The notes below the pieces were generated by a model. That model saw nothing but the letters and a program-made list of their open reading frames with translations. It was not told the origin of the DNA and ran no database searches. Of a DNA stretch of 64,000 bases, positions 1 through 11,882 are shown one piece after another. The position numbers and the translations under genes are program-made. Each line of letters opens with the position of its first letter. The first letter of the stretch is position 1. The stretch lies in NCBI GenBank assembly GCA_964658305.1, contig OZ210885.1:23622001-23686000 (forward strand). The letters are read 5' to 3'. This stretch comes from Leptogorgia sarmentosa. Taxonomy: Eukaryota.

Positions 1-912
1 CAGGAAATTCATAAATTCATCACGTCATAAAATTTATAAACGTAGAAATGTGATGATATATAATGTTTGTAAAAACTTGGCAACTCACTGACTTACGTGT
101 TATCATTGTTGTCAGGACTCAGGACCGTAGCTAGAACGCTATTTGGAAGCTGTATGTATGTTCATATAATCATTTTATATGAAGAAATTTGTCTGGTAGA
201 ACATGCAGCCATAAATGAGTATCCACGGTGTATAATATAAAAATAGGCTAATCTTTGAAATTAAAATTAGTCATAAAATATTATTGTGATCCGATTGGTT
301 TGAACTCCATGGAGTTAATGACGCTTGAGTGGAAACATTTTTTGTTTTGAGGTTCGCTAAATGATTCGAAGCATTTATGCTTGTCAGATGAATTCAATAC
401 AATAACTAATTTGAATTTCAAAGACTAGTCTTTTTTATGCACCCTGTACACCCCCTTCCCATTCATGATCTAGCATGATTCTTGTTAATTGTTATTCCAA
501 CCGTCTCAGTAAAACAATCATCGTACTGTCATCTTCAATGAAAATTACCACAATTAACGTTTTTGTTTTTCGAAATATAGTAAATCACTCATTTCCCAGG
601 AACTCAAGAATATATAATTGATGGCCATGTCATTCCTGACAAGCGAAACACACTTAATTTCCTCCGAATTTGGAACATAGCTACATAGCATATTTATGTT
701 ACGCGAAGTCGAACATTCGAAACACGAAGTCGAATATTCAATGTAAATAAAAAATTTCGATTTGAGAATAAAAATACAACATGTTGTGCAATTATTATTT
801 CAACTTCGAAAATAACTGAAATTCAGATATAGCTAAGATAACTACTTTTTATACCCCTTGTAAGTTAATTAATTTAATTAAGTCAAAAATATACTGTATA
901 GGTTGGAAGTGT

Positions 913-3257
913 TCAATTGCTATGGAAAGCTAACAGTTTAAGTGGCCAGATATAAAACGCACCCTTCTCGACAACATCGCTATCAAATGGTGTTGGATAT
1001 TCCGGTCGAAGTTTGCACCCAGGCAAGATGTCTTCAATCAGCACACCAACGTGGCCTTCTGGTAATGCCTGACCATGCATCTCGCGAAGCGAAAACAACG
1101 TACAGATCGCCCGGCGCTGTTGGTTCTTGTCAAGAACCCACAGTTTTGAGCCTAAAAAAGCAAGAAAATGCTCACAAATCAAGACATGTCAGAAGTATCA
1201 TTAATTCGACATTCAGAGGTATCCAGCGTCGTCTCTGTTGTGAAACGTACGAAAAATCCATCTTCACTTGCAAGTAGTAAAGTAAATCATTCAAGTTTTA
1301 TAAAAATGTCAACCAATGCCATGTGTGGGCCGTGGTTTGATACAGTATTGTACCTCAATATACTCGTACCTATCTTCACAAGTTTTACATTACTAGTTAA
1401 CTGGGAAGATCTTTCAGTGCTGGCAGGAGAACTTGGCTTTACCACTGTACTTGGTTCTTCTACAACTGAAGATAATGCCAAAGATGTTAGAGAAAACGCC
1501 AGGGGAGATGTTAGTACAGTTTTCTGAGAGCTAATCGAAGATGCGAGAGAAGATGTGGAAGAACATGTCTGCGAAAATGTGAGAGATGTGAAAGAAGGCG
1601 TCTGGGAAGTGAGAGGAGTCGACGAAGTGGGACGTGCGATAGAAGGTGTGATAGAAGGCGTCTGGGAGGTGAGAGGAGTCGAGGAAGTGGGACGTGCGAT
1701 AGAAGGTGTGGTAGAAGGCGTCTGGGAAGTGAGAGGAGTCGACGAAGTGGGACGTGCGATAGAAGGTGTGGTAGAAGGCGTCTGGGAAGTGAGAGGAGTC
1801 GACGAAGTGGGACGTGCGATAGAAGGTGTGGTAGAAGGCGTCTGGGAAGTGAGAGGAGTCGACGAAGTGGGACGTGCGATAGAAGGTGTGGTAGAAGGCG
1901 TCTGGGAAGTGAGAGGAGTCGACGGAGTGGGACATGCGATAGAAGGTGCGATAGAAGGTGCGATAGAAGGCGTCTGGGAAGTGAGAGGAGTCGACGAAGT
2001 GGGACGTGCGATAGAAGGCGTCTGGGAAGTGAGAGGAGTTGACGAAGTGGGACGTGCGATAGAAGGTGCGATAGAAGGCGTCTTTGAAGTGAGAGGAGTC
2101 GACGAAGTGGGACGTGCGAGAGCTGCAGGAGGCGTCTGGGAAGACGCAAGAGAAGAAGAGAAAGAAGGTGTCTGAGAAGATGAGGAAGAGGATGTGGCAA
2201 GTGATGATGTTAGAAAAGTTGTTTGAGATGATGTGAGAGGAGCTGTAACAACAGTTGTTTGAGAAGATGGTTCCGTGACTGGCGGTAGTGTGGCATTTCT
2301 CTCTGTCTTCATTAGTTCACCTAAACAACAACAGAAGTTAACAACAAAGCAATTATAATAGTCAATGCGACTGCTCTATGTTTTTGTTTAGTCATGTTTG
2401 AACAGTTTTTGGCATCACATAGTTTTGTAAATCTAATGTTTTTACACTTTATGCACAATATTTGCAAGCACTATTGCCCACTTATGTTCCGATTTAAAAC
2501 CACCATGGGTGCATGATATGAATCAATGAGATTAATTAACATACGTACTCCTCATAAAGCGGTCAAAGAGTGCTTCTGCAACTTTTCCAGGCTCATGTTC
2601 TTTACTGGCGACAAAGTTTTCTCCCAGACCTGGTGTACCATACGAGTAGGTTGTGAAACCTTTGCCATGCTTGCTGAATGCAAATATCACTAGATGCTGC
2701 TTGTGACGATGGCACAAAACATCAGCCTGAAACAATTTTTTTTGTTCATTCTAATTTGTCAATGAGGATTTCCTCATTTATACAGTACGTAAATTCTTAT
2801 TGAGTAGTTGCAATATAGTAAACACAGTATAAGCTGTTAATTACCGGTTTGTACAGTAAATCGCCTTTCATCTCTAGGACATGGCTTTACAGTATGGCTT
2901 TTTTCATGGTGTGGTAATGAACACTACCTCACTTATTATGAGACTAGATATTCCTGTACTTAAAAATACTGCAAAAGCATGCCTCTGGCAAGAACAGATA
3001 TTCTCATCACTGAGACAAAGATAACTGCGCCACAACATATTACAATAATACGGTTTCTAAAGAAAACTTGTTTTTGTCCCTTACCCTAAATTCCATCATT
3101 TCCCTCTAGTGAGAAGCACTTGTGTCCCCCATTTCCAATATCTTTCTCTTTCTGTTTTCAGCAGCTGCAGTTTTCCTACTTTGTGTTGTGTCTTTTTTAC
3201 AACCTTTACATATTCTTGTTGCATTTGGCAGCTCCAAGGCACAGTGCGGGCATACCT
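913..3257 (-). pseudogene. Spliced gene: N-terminal zinc ribbon, S/T/P-rich repeat linker, C-terminal Tnp1/En-Spm(TnpA)-like domain; probable transposon accessory gene
   Basis: Exons join in frame through GT-AG introns: ~3257-3084 (VCPHC...CKGC, one in-frame TAG near 3106), ~2726-2549, 2320-1370, 1151-913 (intron 1152-1369 gives VKLVKI-G-SKLWVL). The C-terminal pattern HG..L.....V.I..I.....P.P.....G.F..WP resembles the Tnp1/En-Spm-like domain (by eye). Confidence 0.5.
1597..2140. repeat. 60-bp coding minisatellite (about 9 units, some shortened) encoding TPSIARPTSSTPLTSQTPST
   Basis: Unit gaaggcgtctgggaagtgagaggagtcgacgaagtgggacgtgcgatagaaggtgtggta repeats at a 60-bp period; lines 1741-1920 are identical. 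Confidence 0.97.
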
Positions 3258-5531
3258 GGTAAAAAATAATTGCTACAACTATCCAGTCATGCAATGTAGC
3301 AATGTATATCCAAAAAACGTAAAAACGTAAAAACGTAACGTAACATAGAATAAGTAGCAAGTGTTGTGTTTCAAAAGATCATATTGGGAGGGGAATTATT
3401 GTGGACAATTACAAACATCCAAATTGACCTTTCGCCTTTTGGACGCATCTTTAAATTAAGAAATTTCATTACTGGATATTAGCACAGTTGGGAATAGATC
3501 TGAATATCACTTTGCCGTGGCTAATACAAAAGTATACAAAATTCGCCAACACTGCACTTTCCACATTTTACGTTGTTATTACGCAACCAAACGTCGCAAT
3601 TTTACTAAATTATTTATGCTCTTTCGGTCTTCCCTTTTCTTCTGGAAAAGGTCTATTAAAGTAATTATATATTCTAGGTATTCATGCAGAGGCAACATTT
3701 TACCGTCCAATTGGCTGCTATGTCAGCGAAGATTGTAATTTAGCGATGTGGGGTTTTGCACACAGTTACCTATTTACAATTATTATAAGTAATACCATGG
3801 TTTTTAAGGATATAGTGATTAAATCTCCCGCAAACCGAGGAATGTTTGTGAAACTCCGGTAAAGCTAAAGCCGGGAATATCGTGATTAAACCGAGAACGC
3901 GAGAGTGATCATTGTATTACAAACATTAATCTCTGTTCCTAAATGTCCACTGTAAATGTAATCTTTGTGAAGATGAAATACCAATTGACAGGTGTTTTGC
4001 TGATTTAGGGTGAAAAATTTAAGCAATCGTCAGGGAGAGGCTATGAATATATTTCGTAGGTGCGGTTAGCTTGTATATAGTGCCAAGGTGGTCATTCAAG
4101 TACAGGTAGTTTAACCTATAGTTCCTAGGGTTCGATCTTAAACTTTTTGCCATTGTGAAAGAACGTCTGGTCATCTGAGTGATACATGTTCAAAGTTCAG
4201 CTACAAAGTAAGTGCAGGAGGAGTGAAAACAACACAGTGCAGCCTGATATAAACGACTCAAATTAAGTAACAAATTACAAAAATTCTGTACAGGAAAAAT
4301 ATTTAAATTTATATTTATTCACATTCAAAACAAGTCTTGACTATGTTCCGCGCAAGTTAGATGAGGAAAAGATTTGTGTCACTGCAACCATTCCCTCGTT
4401 ACAACTACTGATAATCAATATTATGATTGATACCCATACCTTTGTTGTTTTTCCCTTGAATCTTTTTGCAACTGGTGCTGTAATTGAATTTTTAAAAAGA
4501 TAAAATCATTGTAAAAAATTGCAAAAGATACTGCAATCATTATAATCTACAATACGGTACTGTAGGTACCGATCTGTTCAAGTACCGGTATGAAACTGAT
4601 ACTGCCATACTGGTAATTGGTAAATTCCCTCTTTCATTTGCAGTATTGTTTATTTTGAGCATAGAGAATACAGAAGAATAGTCTATGCTTCAAGCTGTGT
4701 CTTCTATTAATACATTTGTGGAGGCAATAACAAAAAATAAAAAGGATTTGTTATGGAGGCACTAATTAATTCACTCTGTGCACATTCAGCCCTGCATCTA
4801 GTTTCAAAATTGCCCCTGCTTTTCAACTGAACAAACATTAAAATGCCTCCTTCGGTGTTATTAACTCTTTGGCAACATCTACCAATTACCATTCAAAGTT
4901 GCAAGGTTGCATCACCAATGAAATAAATATACATGCCAATGTTTAATAATATTCATGAATGTTATATTTATTCATTATGCAAGTTTGTCCTAATTACATG
5001 TTGGCGTCAGGTAAACTTCTCTATATACTGCGAGAAAAACAAAGGGTGATGGGTATATTAAATGAGAAACGGATTAATGTATATTCCATTTACGTTCAAG
5101 CTAGAAGCTTGCAAGAATAGGCTGAAGTTAAAGATTATTCTCTTCGGAGAAATTGAAACGATACGAAAGGCAAAAAAACACGAAAATTTTCGCTCCATTC
5201 AAAATCGATGCAAATGACATCGGGCAACATTCCGCAACAAGCCGCGATATTACACAAAAATATTACACTACTGAATGCTAGAAGGAAAAATTCTATTGCA
5301 AAATTTGACCCTCGATAAGCGCTGTGTAATATACAAGCAAAATATGCGCCATATGTATATTTAAATTAGTTTATGAATAATACATATTTTGTGTAATTTA
5401 CCTTTTCCAATGCTATTGTCCGCCATTTTGACTTTTGTTGATGCGCAGAACATGATAAATTTAGCTTTATCTGAGTTTCCCCTAGATAGACCATTATCAT
5501 CTATTTGCGACGTATTGTCAATTGATTCTAT

Positions 5532-6408
5532 TCATCTATTCAAGCACTGAGACTGTGTTGGCTGATCACAACACGTACAAATGTATTCTGGTCCAACACT
5601 AATGTTCTGATGAAATAATTCAATGGCTTTTGGTATGCTTGTTGACAACCTCGTATCATAAGGAGTAACATGTAAAGTTTCAATTGAATTGTCTTGGATG
5701 TTAGATTTTAATCTCTTTTGTTCACCGTCATTTTCACTATCTGTAGCCAGTTTCCTCTTGAGATAACTCCCTTTTTGAATATTTTGAACTCTTTCTGGAT
5801 AGTTATGATTATAAATTCTGCTTGAATTTTTGAATGATTCTGCAACCTTCTCAGGATTCGATTTTCTATATGATGCAGTCGCTCTTATTCTAGATTCTTT
5901 TACTTTTTCAGGATTCATATGTATATACGTTGCATTAGCTGTCTTAGTGGATTGTTTAACCTTCTCAGGATTTGATTTTCTATATGATGCAGTAGCTCTT
6001 ATTCTAGATTCTTTTACTTTTTCAGGATTCATATGTATATACGTTGCATTAGCTGTCTTAGTGGATTGATTAACCTTCTCAGGATTTGATTTTCTGTATA
6101 ATGCAGTAGCTCTTATTCTAGATTCTTTTACTTTTTCAGGATTCATATGTATATACGTTGCATTAGCTGTCTTAGTAGATTGTTTAACCTTCTCAGGATT
6201 TGATTTTCTGTATAATGCAGTAGCTCGCTTTCTGGATTCTTGAACCTTTTCAGGATTATTATGCATGTATCTTGCATTAGCTGTCTTAGTGGATTGCCTA
6301 ACCTTTTCAGGATTTGTTGGTTTGTAAGTTGCAGAGGCTTTTTGCCAAGATTCCTTAATTTTTTCAGGGTTTAAATTTTTATATTTTTTATTATAAGACT
6401 TTTTTCTT
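5532..6408 (-). CDS. Helitron-like ORF part 2: 19-aa NPEKVK repeats and start of a Cys-rich domain (truncated)
   Basis: ORF 5532..6266 with NPEKVK repeats, ending GPEYICTCCDQ and then running into unrelated sequence. Confidence 0.7.
5840..6315. repeat. 57-bp monomers arranged as a 114-bp dimeric higher-order repeat
   Basis: gctcttattctagattc recurs at 5881, 5995 and 6109; the encoded peptides alternate between NPEKVKESRIRATAxYRKS and NPEKVxQSTKTANATYIHM. Confidence 0.92.
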
Positions 6409-7860
6409 TCAAGTTCTTTCTTTTTGAATTTCTTTTCTTTTCTCTTTCATATATTCTTTCATGTATTTTTTCCTCTCGTCTAATTTTTTTAATAAGGCAG
6501 CTTCGTTTGATTTTAATAAAGCTTCTGAATTAGACTGAGAATCTCGTGGGTGCGATTCGGTTTGAGCACTAGTCATCTGATTCCTTTGTGCAGAAAAAGA
6601 TTGTGTGATAGGCGCAGTAGACACGTAATGCAGTTCATTTAGATGGCCGATATAAATATCTCTCGCATTTCTTCCTTCACACTGAGTATAAATGGAGTTT
6701 ACGATTGTTGACTCAGAAAAATTCAGTAAACTTTCCGTGATATTAATTCGTAAATTATTTGTATTAGCAACTGCCTGTATAATAATATGATCTGCCCATG
6801 TACCAAGTGTCGACATATTTTGTAAATATTGCATCCATGATTGATCAGTGTTATATTCCACGAAATGTTCTGGACAGTTTATTAAATGTTGGACTGCAAG
6901 AGCTCGTATTTGTGGATGACGATCTTCAGTTCCGTAAAGTTGGTGACTTACACTACGAAAGAAGCAATTACCGTCACCTACAATGTTTACTTGCTTTCGT
7001 CCTATGCGAGCTAATCTTGTCGTCAACACTGACATATCGGAAGTATTTACGGGACCCGGATTTAATTCAATATCACCACATATAAATAACAAAAAAATAT
7101 CACATGTTTTTATTCTTTGCACATTACATTTATTTGTGTTAACAACCATAGTATTGTTTGATTTAAACAATTTGTGTTTTCTTGTTCTGATTGTATGCTT
7201 GTTATTTATTTTCAAACTCCTTTTAAGATGGTCATTCTTTGCAGACTTTGTCACCTTCTGAAATTGCCACATGTTTGTATTTGTAGGTTTTTGAATTACA
7301 TATTTACGGTATCTTGTAGAGAGCAATTTGTGCCAACACGATGATTTAGGAATGAACTGCTTTATTAAGCTTTTTATTCCACGCCTTCTCGTTTTATTTT
7401 TACTCATTAAATACACTAACTTTTTCATAGGAATTCTAGATGGTTCCCGATCACGCTTTCTAGCATGTGCGAAATGTGTTATACATGGTGATCTACTTCG
7501 ATCTAAAGTGTACAACTGATTGGAAGTTAACTGCTTGCTGTATGTTGTTGGCGTGAATGAAAGGTCAGCTTTTGTGTTCGGATTATAATCATTATTTATC
7601 TCTGAACTAGCATCAGTTTTTTCAGAATTTGGATATGTACAAGTCTCATTGACCTTTGACAGTATATTCCCAAGGTCATCTGCAGTTACATGCAAAGAAA
7701 CGAGCGTTTCACATAAAAGTAATTTTTTCACATATACACTTTTGACACTTTCTGTTAAGTTCACATAGTTTCTCGTTAGATCTGATAATTTCTCATGACA
7801 ATTTAGAAGTTTCTCTCTCAGTTGAACACAATTTTGCACCGTTGTGCGAGACCCATGCAC
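6409..7860 (-). CDS. Helitron-like ORF part 1: 2A-like peptide plus OTU cysteine protease (deubiquitinase-like)
   Basis: FLLFICGDIELNPGP (7051-7074); OTU motifs GDGNCFFRSVS, WADH and GHLNELHY. Frameshift near 6420 into part 2. Confidence 0.8.
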   Translation of the reverse strand: MHGSRTTVQNCVQLREKLLNCHEKLSDLTRNYVNLTESVKSVYVKKLLLCETLVSLHVTADDLGNILSKVNETCTYPNSEKTDASSEINNDYNPNTKADLSFTPTTYSKQLTSNQLYTLDRSRSPCITHFAHARKRDREPSRIPMKKLVYLMSKNKTRRRGIKSLIKQFIPKSSCWHKLLSTRYRKYVIQKPTNTNMWQFQKVTKSAKNDHLKRSLKINNKHTIRTRKHKLFKSNNTMVVNTNKCNVQRIKTCDIFLLFICGDIELNPGPVNTSDMSVLTTRLARIGRKQVNIVGDGNCFFRSVSHQLYGTEDRHPQIRALAVQHLINCPEHFVEYNTDQSWMQYLQNMSTLGTWADHIIIQAVANTNNLRINITESLLNFSESTIVNSIYTQCEGRNARDIYIGHLNELHYVSTAPITQSFSAQRNQMTSAQTESHPRDSQSNSEALLKSNEAALLKKLDERKKYMKEYMKEKRKEIQKERT

Positions 7861-7872
7861 AAGGTCCGTAGT

Positions 7873-8110
7873 GATAACACGCTGGTTATCTCCTTGCCGT
7901 TTTCCTCGATTACATAAGGCTCGCTGGCAAGTGAAGCGAGTGGCGATAACACGCTGGCTATCTCCTTGCAGTTTTCCTCGATTACATAAGGCTCGCTGGC
8001 AAGTGAAGCGAGTGGCATAACACGCTGGCTATCTCCTTGCCGTTTTCCTCGATTACATAAGGCTCGCTGGCAAGTGAAGCGAGTGGCGATAACACGTTGG
8101 CTATCTCCTC
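7873..8110. repeat. 72-bp tandem repeat (about 3.3 copies; one 71-bp copy shifts the frame)
   Basis: gataacacgctggctatctccttgccgttttcctcgattacataaggctcgctggcaagtgaagcgagtggc repeated; peptide LSPLASLASEPYVIEENGKEIAS appears in ORFs 7818..8018 and 7982..8221. Confidence 0.93.
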
Positions 8111-10509
8111 GTCTTTGGCTTTTAGATACAGCCCTCTGACGAGTCGAGAGGTTTTCAGATATGTCTGCAAGGTTTGGACTTCATTTTCTTTGATAATATG
8201 CACAATACGCACAGCTCCCAACTGAACTTTGTGTCAACGCAAACTAAAATGACCTCCTGTGACAGCCGGATATTGATTCATATCGATCAGCTGGCCAATA
8301 ATATTCAATATTCTAAGCGTGTTGTGCACGTGCTATGGCTGTTTACATGATCTTTGGCACCTTGCGCAACAGAAATGTAATTTCCATATTTAGCGAGCCA
8401 ATCACCTTCAATTTTGCCCAAGCATGCTTCACACGTGCTATATCACTGAGATTTGGTCGTGCATACGCGCACGGTATGCATTTACGTATACTGTAAAATT
8501 ACTGTATTTCACAAATGATAATATGTATATGTTTAATAAAATTCCGAATCCAAACCGAATTACCTAAACCGTATGACCCGTATCGCGGTGGTAAATTACC
8601 GCGCGCATACGGTATTAAGGTTTGCTGTTTACAGTTTACACGTGCATGTAATGTTTACAGAGTAATATATAAGTGCATTTATTTTGAATTACAGTATTTA
8701 TTTTTGTCTATAAAGTCTATTTCTTGAGTAACATTTTAAACCTAAACCGTATCGTTTACATAACTAAGCTGGATTTACATATATCCAGACAAATTCATTC
8801 CAAATTATCAGTACTTTGTGTTGTGTAGGTTTCAACTCTGAATTTTATCAGTTGTTTTATATGGAAATATTTTCCCTGCGTAGTCGGTTTTGTCGTTACC
8901 TTTTACCGTGCTTTTGTACAACACAATAATATGATTTACATGTCGTAATCAAGTCACTACGGTGAAAAGTATACTCCAGCCTCCAGGACATATGTCCATA
9001 GTTTGAGGAATACACAAAAACAAGCATTCAACCGTAGTCCGTAGCCGTAGTTCGTTGTCAACATCTTGAATTCCGTAGTATGTTGGCTACACGTTTACAT
9101 ATAATATGCACGACGGTAGCCTGTTTTTATTTCTTCATCACAAAGGTACACAAGTTAATTTTCTACTGGTATTACATGTAAGATCTTGGGGTGTGATTGT
9201 CTAGATTCATCGCGGATATATAAAGACACTTTAACCGCTTCAGTTATCAACATATTCGAACATTTAATGTTGACCACATTCACTGATTCACGGTCCCACT
9301 CTTAGCGTCCGCCATATTGTGTAAACAAATATTTCATGGCCCGACTACCGACACGTGCCGAGCCGAGTTGCATTTGCGCAAAAATTGAATTTCCGGAGGA
9401 GCTTTTCGGCATTTTGTATTGTAATGTGTGGACTTCTTAGATCACATTACTCATCTAGCTAACTTTCTTATCCATAAGAACAACTGCAAACACTGATGAA
9501 CAATGATATAACGCCACAATTGGATAATTTTTGTTTGAACATTGTACGGATATCACTCAGATATCAGCCAACTACAGAGTTTGGCACCTCAAGGGAATTT
9601 GAAACGCACCCCCCGGAGTTTACACTATGACTCAATGACTCAATGACTGATGTGAATCTTCGCCACTCATCACAATACTGCAAAGTTTCTTTGAAACTTT
9701 GCACTAAAAATAGAAACACTTGAAAGTGAATATCATGAATGGTAGATGAACAGCATCTAAATCTCGGCTCTACATGTATAGTTTTTTTAAACTTATACAT
9801 GCAGGGAGATGGCATGGGTAGCTGTGCGTAATTACGAGAAATAATTGTAATTTCTACTAAAATATAAAGTAGTATAACAATATTCATCACCATTGCTAAA
9901 TAAATTGTATGAAATGTGTACCAATTTTAATCATGGCTATAATGGTATAACCCTTTAAGGTTCATGGCGACTTTCCCCCACCCCCTCCCTGACTTATCAT
10001 TTTACTCTAGATGCCACATGGATCACTTCTGAAGAGAAGAGCAGGGAAATGTACAGTATACTCTTTATGCATTCAGTGGCAGAGCATCCCATTGACATCT
10101 TGAACATATCAATTGGTAGAACACACTAAGGGCACACTGCACCTGGGTAGATTGCATGGTAGGAATTTAACATTTGTGTATTATGCTCAATATCCAATAA
10201 TAAAAGTTACCTATCTGATAGTTCCAGGTAATTGGCATATTCTTCCTTAAAATTAAAACCAAGTTTTGTCAGTAAGCAATTCATGTTTGGATTGATATTC
10301 AACAAGTGAACCATGCAAGTCAGCAAAAATTATCTTCATGAATGAACTATGTACACTCTGATCACAGATGCATGCACTGCAAGCAATAGTAAATGATCAG
10401 ACATACAGTAAAGATGCAACATTCCTTACATTCTGTTGATGATTTGGGGACACCACATCTTTATTGTTAGTAATGGTAACAGTCATAATGTTAACATAAC
10501 CAGTTATTG

Positions 10510-11352
10510 TCAATGACAATTAACTATTGTTTGTGTATTGCAAAAAAATAAAACTATTTTAATATACACATGCCATACAATATATAAATGACATAAATCA
10601 AAGAAGCTGACCTGTTCCTCTGGTAATTTATCACTATAAGCACCACTACAACCTTCCCAGACAGAGTCAAAATCATCCTCTGTGCAAAGATAAAGACATA
10701 TCCTTCGATAATCACGTCCTAATTCTTCTTTATATTTCGATAAATGGAAGAACTCTTTCTTTCCTCCAGGCATGAATAATGCTCGGTTGCCATCTTCATA
10801 GAGAAGGACGTATTCTTTGTCTTGCATGAGATTTGAATAATACGCGCCCCACTTGAGTCTTGCAGTCTCCAGAATATTTGCATATGTGGCGCACTTGGGA
10901 ACTTTGATTGGTAACCTTTTTCCCCAAATCTTTTTAAGTTGGTTCCCTCTGTTTTCCATCAAGCCAATGTTTATTGTTACAGGTTCGGCATCTTCCTCGC
11001 GCTTGTTGCAAGCAACTTTTCGTTTCTTTGTTTGCTTTGTTTGCCGAAATTCATTCGATCTTTTATCTTGCAGCCACTCTGTTAACGACTTTGCCTTACC
11101 AAAGCTGCTAGAAGCATGCGTGCTCGTTGCGTTTGACTTCGAAATCGACAGGTTGTCTTTAGAACTCGAAGCTTTTACCTCGTGGTTGGCAGGCCCTGGC
11201 TTGGGCAAAGGTTGTTGATGAAATGCCGCCAAATGGTTACAAGCTAAGCAAACAGACTGCGGTGTAACATCTGTGTCTGTGTGAACAAAAACCTGGCAAT
11301 TCAGATCGCAAGCCTTCTTGAACAAACATTTTTCAAACGTGGCCATTTTCAT
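10510..11352 (-). CDS. IS3EU-type accessory protein, N-terminal exon: Cys/His motif plus conserved LLYxDG..PG..FxLxxYKEELG..Y.RI.LYLC domain
   Basis: 280-aa ORF. Visible alignment to 31339..32136: LLYEDG/LLYPDI, MPGG/MIPGT, YKEELGRDYRRICLYLC/YKEDLGKPYERLTLYIC. Confidence 0.75.
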   Translation of the reverse strand: MKMATFEKCLFKKACDLNCQVFVHTDTDVTPQSVCLACNHLAAFHQQPLPKPGPANHEVKASSSKDNLSISKSNATSTHASSSFGKAKSLTEWLQDKRSNEFRQTKQTKKRKVACNKREEDAEPVTINIGLMENRGNQLKKIWGKRLPIKVPKCATYANILETARLKWGAYYSNLMQDKEYVLLYEDGNRALFMPGGKKEFFHLSKYKEELGRDYRRICLYLCTEDDFDSVWEGCSGAYSDKLPEEQVSFFDLCHLYIVWHVYIKIVLFFCNTQTIVNCH

Positions 11353-11375
11353 GATGAAGAAAAAAATGTCCAGAC

Positions 11376-11560
11376 AAAAATGTCAGAAGAGGGATTTTGT
11401 CATGACTAAACGTTTTGTCAAAAGCAATGGTCAAAAGAGAAAATTTTGTCATGATTAAAAGTTTTGCCAGAAGAGAATGTTTTGTCAGAAGAGAAATATT
11501 TGTCATGGTCAAAAGTTTTGTCAGAAGAGAAAATTTTGTCACAACCGAAAGTTTTGTCGT
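11376..11560. repeat. Subterminal ~18-bp ttttgtca-core tandem repeats
   Basis: Repeated aaaagttttgtcagaagagaaaattttgtcatg variants directly upstream of the accessory ORF. Confidence 0.8.
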
Positions 11561-11882
11561 AATAAGATAGATAGATAGATAAAACTTTTATTTTGATAGG
11601 GTGGTCTCATCAGACCACAACTGGTCTGTTATCAACGAGAGCCCTATATAACTACAATAAGTTCTATAGTACATTCTATCAATTATGTTGTAAAAACTAC
11701 ACTAATGTGAGACTATTAGCTATGATATGATATTAATATATTACTTACGTTAAAATCTATTGAAAGTTTAAAAGTATCTAGAGAAGACTGTGACCTAAGC
11801 GATTAAAAACCTTAACTCAATTATAGTAAAAAGATTTCTTCGCCATTTCTGTTTTAACTCTTGGCAGATGCAATAAATTGCT

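Larger units (their letters stand above)
5532..8221 (-). mobile_element. 5' part of a Helitron-like element, truncated before the Rep/helicase core
   Basis: Order: leader, 2A-like DIELNPGP, OTU protease, NPEKVK charged repeats, then the FHQNISVGPEYICTCCDQ motif that typically precedes Rep in animal Helitrons. The ORF breaks off right after this motif. Confidence 0.65.

Noticed and set aside
1597..2140. Possible CRISPR array (also considered at 7873-8110, 11376-11560 and 40872-41046)
   Set aside because: Tandem repeats without unique spacers, no cas genes, eukaryotic context.
1511..2200. Overlapping ORFs 1511..2200, 1531..1935 and 1555..2175
   Set aside because: Shadow frames of the 60-bp minisatellite; only the S/T/P frame connects to splice sites and flanking exons.
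4140..5430. Possible minus-strand exon series starting ATGGCGGACAATAGC at ~5428
   Set aside because: Plausible splice signals, but I could not assemble a recognisable protein.
8720..10460. Possible further exons of the 10510-11352 accessory gene, or a separate decayed ORF starting near 9315
   Set aside because: Multiple stops, no identifiable domain, and no second TIR/TSD (cagaat) found.
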